NCBI GenBank assembly: GCA_963737265.1
Contig: CAVTRY010000011.1
Location: 320,001 to 384,000 of the forward strand
Reading direction: 5' to 3'
Source: an uncultured delta proteobacterium
Lineage (GTDB): Bacteria > Myxococcota_A > Polyangia > Fen-1088
Length of the DNA: 64,000 bases
Shown here: positions 31,601-41,000 of the stretch, one piece after another
Layout of the letters: each line of letters starts with the position of its first letter
How positions within the stretch are numbered: the first letter of the stretch is position 1
Program-made: the position numbers and the translations under genes
Notes under the pieces: generated by a model
Told to the model about the DNA's origin: nothing
The model's database searches: none
Seen by the model: the letters and a program-made list of their open reading frames with translations, nothing else

Positions 31601-32330
31601 AGCCGTGCTTGCCCTGGGAGAAGGCCTTGAAATAGGTACGCGTGAGAGCCGTCACCAGTTGCGCCCGCACCTCGGGATCGGGGCTGTTGCCAGCGTCGTC
31701 GAAGCGGCCTGCATCCCAAGCCTGCGCGGTCTTCAGCTTGCCCCAACCACCGCCAGCCGCTGCGGGTTGGCCTTCGTTCAACCCCTTAAAGAAGGCGTCG
31801 TCGCCGATGCGCTGGCGCAGGGCCTGGGCATCACTCAGCAGATTCGAATCCGCGAACAGGGCCGGCAAGGGCGCCTCGGGATGGTTGGCCTGCACGTGAC
31901 GGACGTAGCCACCGAATACGTTCTGCTCGATGGACTCGGCGTCGATCATGTTGAAGTGAAGGCGCAAAATCGTCCGTTGCTTCAGCCATTCGTGCTTGGC
32001 CCGCAGGGCGTGGAAATCGGGATTGGCCCAGACGTCAGGCTGGTTGCCCAGCATCAGGCTGAGCACGGCCATGAAATGGCTTTTCCCTGAACCAAAGCTG
32101 CCGTGCAGGTAGGACGCCACGTTGGTGCGCTCGTCGATGGCGGACTTGACGTAGCCCAGCGCCAGATCGAAGGCGTCGCGGATCTGGCCCGTGACCGCAT
32201 AGTTGCGAATCACCGCAGCCGGATCGTCCACGCTCTTGTTCAGGACGACGACGAATTGGCTCTTCTGCACCCGTTCGGGCAGGTCCAGCAGGGCACGCAG
32301 GTTGAGTTTTTCAGTCATGGGTGTGTTCAT
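28685..32330 (-). CDS. pglY: BREX-2 ATPase PglY, +1 frameshift at ~31268
   Basis: YLHGSFGSGKSHFMAVL, VLFLDELVLWL, SFVARQRD, GRF..I.L.D/NLPEIIEKR, FRKVYPFSP, LQRERTALK and LNHG; 1215 codons once one base is removed. Confidence 0.88.
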
Positions 32331-32342
32331 GGCAAAAGTTCT

Positions 32343-33218
32343 TCAAGATAGAAGGGCTCCGTCGAGAAGCCCTTGGTTCCAAAGTCGACCGACCCGATCC
32401 CCATCCGCGACATACGCCACGACCTGCCCATCATCGCGTACGCGGGTGACCACGCCATAGCCGTTCGACTTCCTGAATCCAAAGACCTCGTCCAACTCGA
32501 TCGCATCGAGAAAACTCGGCGAATAGGTGGAGACAAATACCTGACCTCCCCTGGCAACCCGTCTTCTCAACTGCTTCACAGTTTCGCCTAGCTGTGACGG
32601 GTAGACATGGCGTTCAGGGCTCTCGACGCAAAGAAGCGGATGATCCGAGACACACCACTGCTCGATCAGTGTTCCAAGGGCAACGATCGTCGGGTATCGC
32701 TGAAACTGCGACAGACCCTTGATGGCCAGCAAATCGGCGCTCTTCAGCTTCTCGGTCTGGCGAGTCGGCTGAAACTCACCTCTTGCAAGGTCCAGTTCGT
32801 TGGTGACCACCTGACCTATGCCCCGACTGAAGTCGATGAGAGATCGTTCTGTCTCATCACCATTCGATTGGCACTTTACAACTTCCCGCTGGACGATCGG
32901 CCTGCGGTTCTCCTCGGTCAGCTCCAAGAAATACGTGATCAGGTCCAGCGTGGACCGTCCCAGATCAGTGCGGATCTTCAGCTCGATCTCGATTGGACCA
33001 TCGCAACCGCGCGAACGGACCTCCTGGAAACCGCCCAACCTGCCCAGGGCCGAGGTCACGTTCGTCGTCATGGCGTCGTTCAGGAAGGGAAACACCGAGA
33101 AGAGCGTGCTCTTCCCCGTTCCGTTTGCGCCAATCAGAACGCAGAAACTCGGGATATCGCGCATGTGCACGTCGCGAAAGGCGCGAAAGTTCTTGAGACG
33201 AATCGATTCAACTCCCAT
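32343..33218 (-). CDS. Degenerate ABC/AAA_21-type ATPase inserted in the BREX operon
   Basis: IRLKNFRAF and IGANGTGKST are intact. There is no SDG signature region, Walker B reads CVESPE and the H-loop reads STYSP. Confidence 0.7.
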   Translation of the reverse strand: MGVESIRLKNFRAFRDVHMRDIPSFCVLIGANGTGKSTLFSVFPFLNDAMTTNVTSALGRLGGFQEVRSRGCDGPIEIELKIRTDLGRSTLDLITYFLELTEENRRPIVQREVVKCQSNGDETERSLIDFSRGIGQVVTNELDLARGEFQPTRQTEKLKSADLLAIKGLSQFQRYPTIVALGTLIEQWCVSDHPLLCVESPERHVYPSQLGETVKQLRRRVARGGQVFVSTYSPSFLDAIELDEVFGFRKSNGYGVVTRVRDDGQVVAYVADGDRVGRLWNQGLLDGALLS

Positions 33219-33390
33219 GGGCACCTTTTGTGGCAAAGACGCGCCGAGGTTCGAGTGTCACGTGAAGGCGATTGCTTTCGGCCTCCAGTTTTCGCAAAGC
33301 CGCAAAAATGGCGGGGAGGTCATTGTTATTCTCCCGCGCAATCTCTTCGCGGATAGTCCTGACCTCTTCGACGATGGGATCCTTCGTCAT
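33208..33390 (-). CDS. Small conserved-looking hypothetical protein (60 aa)
   Basis: MTKDPIVEEVRTIREEIA...DL..I..AL; ATGA-coupled to pglX and overlapping the ATPase start. Confidence 0.6.
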   Translation of the reverse strand: MTKDPIVEEVRTIREEIARENNNDLPAIFAALRKLEAESNRLHVTLEPRRVFATKGAHGS

Positions 33391-36300
33391 GACGGTTCCT
33401 CAAGCTTGCCATCGTCCGAGGATGGGGTCTTGTTTGTCGTCTTGGACGCCTTGCGCTTGGTGGCGGCTTTGCGGGTGGGGGGGCGCCAGGCTTCGAGGTC
33501 GTCGGTGGTCAACTGGTGGGCGTTCAGCTCGGCGTCCAGGAATTGCTTGAACTCGCGCGCTGGGTTCTGGCTGCCGGCCTCGGGCTGGCTGTGCCATTGC
33601 TCGATCCAGAACATCAGCTCGTGCAGGCCCACCAGCATGGGCATCAGACGCTCTTTCGGCCAGCCGTCCTCGTTCTTGCGCTCTTGGTACAGGGCCACCA
33701 TGGCATGCGCGCGCTGCAGGTGATTCCAACCGGCCCAGCCGATGAGTGGGCTGGGATCGCCGTCCTTTTCGCAGCCAGGGTAGGAAATGAAGCGCTCTTT
33801 GGGCACGTCGAGCTTGCCGCGCAGGCGCCAGTAGTTGGCGTCGCGAAAGTCCTTCTGGTCGTACTTGGGCGGAACGGGGATCTCGCCGACGCTCTCGCCG
33901 AGGTCTTCACGGCGCTGGAGAAACCACGTTTGGCGCCATTGTTTGTGATTATCGATACCGTCCTCGGTGAACATCGCTGCCGCCGTGGCAGGGACAGCAT
34001 CAGCCAGCATCAAGCAGAGAATCTGCTCGGGCGAATTCGATTCGCCCCAGATGCGGGCGGCGAGCCGGACCAGCTTCTTGTTGGTCTCAAAGACGGCCAG
34101 AGTCGCTCTGGCGGGTTGAGGACGCTGCCGCCCGGTAGTGGCTTCCTCGAGGGCGTTCAGCACTGCATCCTGAACGAGCGAACGGAGTCGGTCCTCGTCG
34201 GTCACGTTGTCGCCGTCGAACTTGCCGCCGGAGCTAAACCAGCGCCGCTTGAACTCGGGCGCTTCGATTAGGGCCACGTCAGGCGGAAGCTGTGCCGCTC
34301 GCGGATTGCAGGAGGCAGCCAATCGGCGGTACGGCCGTTCCCTCTCGTCGTATCCCTCGATATTGGGAAGTGAAGAGGCGACGACCTGAGACCGTGCAGG
34401 ATGGTCCGACGGAAGAAGCCCGAACAACTCGTACACGATCCAATCCAGCTCTTCCTGAATCGCAACCATCCGGCCATGAGCCTCAGCCATCGTCTTTAGT
34501 GCATCGTCGATGCTGGCGTCAATCGTGTCCGTACTCGCTTCCGCAATGGCGCCCCGTAGGGTCTGCGGCGAAGCGACCACCGCCAACGTGTCCAGGAGCT
34601 TTGCCGCGGTCAGGAGCCAGCCCTCACGAAACTGGGCAAGACCTCCGGGAATTGGCAACTGCCTGATCTTCGTTCCATCAAACTCAAATCGGAACTTCTC
34701 CGGATCGGACTGAAGAACGCCTTTGTCGCTGGTGGCGCCCTTGTTCATGAACACCTGCTTCATCCAGAAGCAGGCGGTGGAGCTGTTCAGGTAGGCAAGA
34801 AGGGCGAGGTGGTCGTCTTCGGTGGCGGATTCGGGGAGCTTGATGATGGGGGCGGACCGCTTGAAGACCTTGCCGCCGCGGTCGAGCACGAAGTGGTTGT
34901 GGGTGGCGACGAAGGCGAAGGCGATGGACGCTCGACCGTCAGCCTTGTCTTTTTGCACAGCGCCCAGCTCACGCCAGTCGAGTCCACGTTGTGCCTTTGT
35001 CTTTCCAAAGAAGATGTAGTTCCCAAGTACGGTTCTGTATCGCCAGAGGTACTTCTCGGCTGTCGGGACTGGTCTGAATATTCCTCGTTCGTCGTGCGGG
35101 AAAAGGATGCTCTGATCCTTCAATGACCAGTCGCGAAGAAACTCGCCAGTTCCCAGAGGACGACATGCAGAGGGGTCGATGCCTAGACGTCGAAATACGG
35201 AGTACGTTTCTGCGATGTACACCTCGTCCGTTCCAGCGAGAGCCATGACACCAACCGTGCTTACGAACTCGCCCAGCGTCTTCTCGGCCCTCTCCTCCAG
35301 CAGCTCCTTCAACTCCGCAGCCCCGCCGCCGCCCAGCGACCACGGGTGTTTGTTCAACGTCGCCCGCGGCACTTCGGCCACCGTGATGTAGTCGTTCTCG
35401 AACCCGACTTCTTTGCGGTGCTCGACGATCGATCGCCAGACGTGGCCCTGCTCGGCATCGTTGGGCGTCGACGGTTCGCGCCGTTTTCCCAGCACCGCGT
35501 GCACGCTGGCCGCGGCGGACTTGCGGTTGCGTCCGAACAGCAGGACCGTGGGCGTGCCGTGACCGGGAATGTAGGCGCCGGAGGTGTCGATGACCGAGGT
35601 CAGCTCGAAATCCGGCAGGACCTCTTCAATCAACGCCTTGCCGAACTCGCGCTTCATGAAGCTGTTGGCGTTGATCAGGCCGACGAAACCGCCGTCGCTG
35701 GCCAGCTCGAAGAAGCGCTCGGTGAACGGCGCCGCCAGGGCGTATTTGCCGGCGGCGCTGCGGTAGCGTTGCCGATAGCGCTCGCGAAGGGTGCTGTCCT
35801 TGCACGTGATGTAGGGCGGATTTCCCACCACCGCGTGGTAGCGCTGGCGGAGGATCCGCCGTCCGGTGGTCTCGTCGTCGAGCGCGAACATGGATTCCTG
35901 CCAGGCCACGCGATCGATGTCGGGCCTGTCCTGCTCGATCAGCAGCAGCTCGGCACCTTTGCCTCCGCCATGCAGCAGCGAATCCGCCACCACTAGATTC
36001 AGCGGCAACTTCGGCGCGTGCGCCAGCTTGGTGATGCCTGTGCGTTGCAAATAGGCCAGGGTCAGGCGGAAGCGCGCAATGGCGACGGCGTAGGGGTTCA
36101 CGTCCACGCCGTACACTTGCCCGAGCGCGGCCAGCGCGTGGTCGCGCACGTCCACGGCGGGGGCGGCTTGCTGCCGGTGCGACAACAGGCGATCGAAGGC
36201 ACCGAGCAGGAAGTGGCCCGAGCCGCAGGTGGGATCGATCACGCGCACGGTCTCTAGACCGAACTCGGCGATGGCCGGCTCCAGGGTTTGTTCCAGGATG

Positions 36301-36935
36301 AAGCGCTCGACGAAATCCGGGGTTTGCAGCAGGGCGAAGCGCTTGCGCACGTCCTCGCTGAGATCTTGGTACAGATCGCCGAGGAAGCGCGTGTCTGCAC
36401 CATCGAAGCGCCAGAGCAAGGTTCCTTCCCCATCTCCATCTTCCTTTTCTTGGCGGAAGAAACCCAGCAGGGCGCGTGCGACTTCGGCGCTGGGGCCGAG
36501 TCGCCACAGGGGATTGTGGCGGGGGCCGAGCAGCTCTTCGGCGCCGGGCAGGCTCGACACTTCCTTGAAGACGACCAGAAGGTAATCGCGCGCGGTCAGC
36601 GAGGGCGCGAGCTCGAAGAACAACTGCTCGCTGTCGAGGGCGCCCGGCCCGGCCAGCCGTCGCCGGGCCAGCAGATCGCGATCTTCCAGGGTGCGCACGA
36701 AGACGCAGGAAAGCACCCACGCGGCGCCCACCTGTTCCAGGGTGCGCTGCTGCCAGGCGGGAAAGCCATCGGCCGTGCGGTTCGCGGCCTTTTCGGCCTG
36801 CCACTGGCGCTGTAGGGCTTCGTTCACCGCTGGTTCGGCGGCACGGGCTTTCAGATCTGGCAGCAGGGTCTTGGCCAGGAATTGCGCCAGGGCCTGGGTC
36901 AGGGTGACTTGCTTCTTGCCTGCCTTGGCGGCCAT
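33387..36935 (-). CDS. pglX: BREX-2 adenine methyltransferase PglX
   Basis: DTRFLGDLYQDLSE, LLQTPDFV, DPTCGSGHFL (motif I), VGNPPY (motif IV), NSFMKREFGK, IPGHGTPT and WRLRGKLDVPKERFISY. Confidence 0.93.
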   Translation of the reverse strand: MAAKAGKKQVTLTQALAQFLAKTLLPDLKARAAEPAVNEALQRQWQAEKAANRTADGFPAWQQRTLEQVGAAWVLSCVFVRTLEDRDLLARRRLAGPGALDSEQLFFELAPSLTARDYLLVVFKEVSSLPGAEELLGPRHNPLWRLGPSAEVARALLGFFRQEKEDGDGEGTLLWRFDGADTRFLGDLYQDLSEDVRKRFALLQTPDFVERFILEQTLEPAIAEFGLETVRVIDPTCGSGHFLLGAFDRLLSHRQQAAPAVDVRDHALAALGQVYGVDVNPYAVAIARFRLTLAYLQRTGITKLAHAPKLPLNLVVADSLLHGGGKGAELLLIEQDRPDIDRVAWQESMFALDDETTGRRILRQRYHAVVGNPPYITCKDSTLRERYRQRYRSAAGKYALAAPFTERFFELASDGGFVGLINANSFMKREFGKALIEEVLPDFELTSVIDTSGAYIPGHGTPTVLLFGRNRKSAAASVHAVLGKRREPSTPNDAEQGHVWRSIVEHRKEVGFENDYITVAEVPRATLNKHPWSLGGGGAAELKELLEERAEKTLGEFVSTVGVMALAGTDEVYIAETYSVFRRLGIDPSACRPLGTGEFLRDWSLKDQSILFPHDERGIFRPVPTAEKYLWRYRTVLGNYIFFGKTKAQRGLDWRELGAVQKDKADGRASIAFAFVATHNHFVLDRGGKVFKRSAPIIKLPESATEDDHLALLAYLNSSTACFWMKQVFMNKGATSDKGVLQSDPEKFRFEFDGTKIRQLPIPGGLAQFREGWLLTAAKLLDTLAVVASPQTLRGAIAEASTDTIDASIDDALKTMAEAHGRMVAIQEELDWIVYELFGLLPSDHPARSQVVASSLPNIEGYDERERPYRRLAASCNPRAAQLPPDVALIEAPEFKRRWFSSGGKFDGDNVTDEDRLRSLVQDAVLNALEEATTGRQRPQPARATLAVFETNKKLVRLAARIWGESNSPEQILCLMLADAVPATAAAMFTEDGIDNHKQWRQTWFLQRREDLGESVGEIPVPPKYDQKDFRDANYWRLRGKLDVPKERFISYPGCEKDGDPSPLIGWAGWNHLQRAHAMVALYQERKNEDGWPKERLMPMLVGLHELMFWIEQWHSQPEAGSQNPAREFKQFLDAELNAHQLTTDDLEAWRPPTRKAATKRKASKTTNKTPSSDDGKLEEPS

Positions 36936-38044
36936 TAGCGGGTTCCTTTGCGTGGCTTTTTCTTGGGTGGCGTCTTGACGGGGTCGATGGGGTCGACGCC
37001 GGTCAGGGCCTCATACGAATCGTGCAGCTTCCGGCGCAGCAGCTCTTTGGCGGGCAGCAAGGTCTGGTACTCGGCGATCAAGGCCGGCGAGGTGGAGCGA
37101 GCCAGGGCGTATTCAACCACTTCATCCTCTTTGCTCGCGCACAGGAGCATGCCGATGGAGGGGCGTTCGTGGGGCTTCTTCACGTCGCGGTCCAGGGCTT
37201 CCAGATAGAACTGCAGCTTGCCCAGGTGTTCGGGCTCGAAGCGGCCCGCCTTCAGCTCGATGGCGACCAGCGCACCGAGGCCACGATGGAAGAACAAGAG
37301 ATCCAGCGCGAAGTCGCGGCGGCCCACTTGCAGCGGGTATTCCGAGCCCACGAAGCAGAAGTCGCGGCCCATCTCGAGGATGAAGCGCTGCAAGTCCCTG
37401 AGCAGGCCGCGGTGGAGATCGGACTCGGAGTGGTCGTCGGGCAGGCCGAGAAATTCCAGGAAGTAGGAGTCCCTGAAAACGTCCGCCGCATCGGGATGCA
37501 ATTGTGTCAGCAGTGGTGACACTTTTGCCGGCCGAGCGATCACTTGTTCGAACTGGCGGGCGTGAATGCGACGTTCGAGCTCGCGCTTGCCCCAACGTTC
37601 CCGGATGGCCATGCGCAGGTAGAACTCGCGTTCCTCGGCCAGCTTGGTTTGCGCAAGCACGATGAGATGATGGGTCCACGGCAATTGTGTCACCAGTGGT
37701 GTCACAATCTCGTTGTCGCGATAGGCTTCGTAGAACTGGCGCATGCGGAACAGGTTCCGCGGCGTGAATCCGCGCAGCCGCGGGTGCCTGCGGGCGATGG
37801 CGCTGGCCAGCTCGGGGACGACCCCGTCGCCCCATTCGGCGGCCTCGATCTTCTTGCTGATGTGCTGGCCGACCTGCCAGTAAAGGCCGATCAGGTTGTT
37901 GTTGACGGCAAGATAGGCCCGCTGTCGCGCCGATTCGATCAGCGCCAAGACTTCGTCAAACCCGGACGGCGTTGCCGCCCGCCGTGACTGCGAGGGCGCC
38001 AGCGAGGTCGCCTGCTTGCTCTTCGCCTTCCCGATCGCTTTCAC
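36935..38044 (-). CDS. YhcG/DUF1016 PD-(D/E)XK nuclease-family protein
   Basis: LYWQVG, WGDGVV, RGF..RNL..MRQFY, LPWTHH, F.FVGSE, DLLFFHR..LVAIELK and GKLQFYL; coupled to pglW (GTGA) and pglX (TAATG). Confidence 0.9.
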   Translation of the reverse strand: MKAIGKAKSKQATSLAPSQSRRAATPSGFDEVLALIESARQRAYLAVNNNLIGLYWQVGQHISKKIEAAEWGDGVVPELASAIARRHPRLRGFTPRNLFRMRQFYEAYRDNEIVTPLVTQLPWTHHLIVLAQTKLAEEREFYLRMAIRERWGKRELERRIHARQFEQVIARPAKVSPLLTQLHPDAADVFRDSYFLEFLGLPDDHSESDLHRGLLRDLQRFILEMGRDFCFVGSEYPLQVGRRDFALDLLFFHRGLGALVAIELKAGRFEPEHLGKLQFYLEALDRDVKKPHERPSIGMLLCASKEDEVVEYALARSTSPALIAEYQTLLPAKELLRRKLHDSYEALTGVDPIDPVKTPPKKKPRKGTR

Positions 38045-41000
38045 TGGGGGCCTCCGCTGGGAATTTTGCGCTGGCCGCGGTCCAGGTTTTCGAGCCAACT
38101 GAGAGGCACGTGCAGGTGCTGCGCGGGTGAGGTCAATGGGATGGGCAAATCCCCGGCAGGATGGGGAATGCGAACGCCGCCGCCAGCGTCCTCGGCAGAC
38201 GGCACCAAAAGGAAGACCGCAGGCGATGCATCCTGGCGGGCGTGGTCGACCAGTTGCTTGAGAAATCGTGCGAGGCCGTAGCGGGCCAAGAGGCCAGGAT
38301 CGGTCAACACCAACGGCCCCGTGCGCGTCCGCAGGTCGGCGAGGGCTCGGTCGGCGGCTTGTTCCATCAGGGACCTGAGATTAAGCCACTCGGCGCCGAG
38401 CGGGCCCGCGCGATCGGTGACGAAGACGGTCGGTAGGTCGACTTGGTATTCGGCAACCACCGCTTCCATGGCCTTCAGCAGAAGGGCCTCGATACTCACG
38501 GGCTGAACCGACAGGCGGTGGCCGAGCTCGAGGGCGGTTTGGCGCGCATAGGCCGGTTGCACTTCCAGCACGCAGAAGCTGCCGCGCTTCTGGCGGACCT
38601 CGATGTCGCGAGCAAATTCGTGGGCGGCTGGATCGATCTTCTCGCGGTGGCCGGTGTGCGTGGTCAGCGCGCGCGTGATGGCGGCCAAGGTCCCGGTCGA
38701 TGGTGATAGCCCGCGCCGGTGGAAGCTTCCCGTCTTGGCATCCACCGTGTACCCCCGGGCCAGGAGAAGGTCGATCAGGGCTGGGCCTTGGGGCAAGGGT
38801 TGGGATTCGGGGTAGCGTGCGCCGACGATCTGGGCGACCAGGGCAGCGTCAAGTCCGGCGGGGGGCAGGGCCGACATGCACAAGTCCAGGGCCCGTTCGG
38901 GCGACAGTCCACGTGGGTAGATCTCGAGGCGAGCGCTCTTGGCGGCGGTCTTCGAGGCTGCCACTGCCAGCGCGACCAGGGGTTCGGGAGCAAGGGTGGC
39001 GAGTGGACCGGTTTTGACGACCGCGCGCAACTGCGCCTCGGCCCCGCCAGGGGAAAGCAGGGGCTCTGCCTGGGCCAGCTCGTCGGCCAAGGCGCCGAGA
39101 CGTTCGAGGGCGCGTAGATCGCTTTCGGTGGGAGCCACCCACAAGGCGCCGTTCACGCGCGCCAGTTGCAGCAGGTTGTGCGTCTCGACCACGATCCTGA
39201 CCAGGGCCTGGGCTCGCTTATCGCCTGGGGGTGAGGGTTGCGAACGATCGAGGGCGGACGCCAGGGCATCGCCGAGTGACGCGAGAGGGGCTTGGCCGCC
39301 GGTCGTTTCAAGCAGGCTGGTCACCAAACCCTGCAGCTCATCGAGGAAGGGAAGCTTCTGCCAACGCTGGCGCATCTTCTCGACGGCTTGATAGATGAGA
39401 GGTCGGGTCACGCCCAAGGTCGCGGCCAGCTCGGCGACGCTGTCGATGTGCTGGCCTTTGAGGAGATCCAGGCCCCACAGGTGGCGCACGTGCTGCAAGG
39501 GCTTTTCCCCCTGCTTCTTGGTGACCGGGGGCAGGGCGGCGTTGGTCCAGGCTTCGAGGGAGCGAGGGAGCTCGGCGTCGGTGAGCGGTGCGCTTGACGG
39601 ACGATCAGTTGTTGCAGCGGGCTCTTGCACGGTGGGAAGAGCAGGGCGCAGGGCCTCGAATTCGGGACGCTGGATGAACTTGAGGATCTCTTGCGCGGTC
39701 CCGCGTCCCACCCCGCGCATGGCGGAAAGCTGGTTGTTCGGCAGGCGAAGCAGGTCGGAAACGCGGAGCACATTGGCCCGGTACAGGCCATTCTTGGCGC
39801 GCGCGGGAAGGGGCAGCGATTCGATGGCGGTCTGAAGATTCAAGCCTTCAGGCATCGGCGCCGTGAGTGACGACAAGGTTTCGTCCGCGGCCGCCAGCTC
39901 ATCGATGGCAACGGGTGCTACGGCAGCAGAAGCAAAGCAGGCAACCCACTCGGTGCGCATGCGCTCGGCGGTGGAGAATCGCTTGCCTACATCGCGCGCC
40001 AGAGCTTGCCGGAAGAAGGTCACCAGCCGGTCGCGGACGGTGGCGTCGAATCGCTCGGCGGCAAGGGTGACCTCGTCGGACGTGGCGCTGGCGATGTCGC
40101 TCGCGCCCCAGCTCGGTCGCTCTCCGGTCAGAATCTCGTGCAAGGTGATGGCGGCGGCATAGCGATCGGCCGCGTCGTCCCAGCGTCCGCGCTGTGCAAG
40201 GAAGGGATCTCGATACGCAGGCGTTCCCAGGCGGACCTCGTTCGCGTCGGCTGCGGAGAGGGAAAAGTCGAAGAGAAGAAGATGTCGCTTTCGCTTTTGG
40301 TCGGCGGTCAGCACGCCGAGGTTTCCCGGCTTGATGTCGCGATGCTGGACACCGCGTTCTTCCAGTTCCTGCAAGGCGAGCAACAGATCCTCGCCCCAGC
40401 GTTTGGCGTAGTCGATGCTTTGCGCACCCTCGTCCGCCAGCAGACGCGCCAAGGTCTGTCCGGCGTCGGTCAGACGAAGGCAGGTTCGTCCGCCGAGTTG
40501 CATGACCTCGTGCAAACGGGCGATGCGGTCGCTGGCGCGGCCGTCTTTCTGAAGCGCGTTCAAGATCTCGCCTTCTCGTCGCAGTCGCGAATCCAAGTCG
40601 GGGGAGAGCGACACCTTCAGGGCGAAGGTGCCATCGTTGGTCACGATGCGCAGGGTGCGCGCCGTCGAGCCGGTGCCAAGGACATCTTCGACGAGAATCT
40701 CAGGCGCAATCTGGTCGTTTCGCTTCGCCTCCAGCGGATCCACGAAAGTCGGGGAAGGCGCCTTGGACGGGGTCAGCAGGGCATCGGTGAAAAGCCCGAT
40801 CCACGTGGCCACGTCGTCGCCGCGGTTCACCGGATTCTTGTCCGTTGCAAACTCCATGACGTCTTCGAGATCTTTGGGCTGGGCTTCCCAGGCATTGACC
40901 TCGCCCAGCCCCGCAGCTTTGAGGCCAGCGGCCAGCTCGTCTCGCGCGGTGGATAGTGAGAGATAGCCGCGACGGAAAAGGGCTTCGCGTTCCGCGAGGT

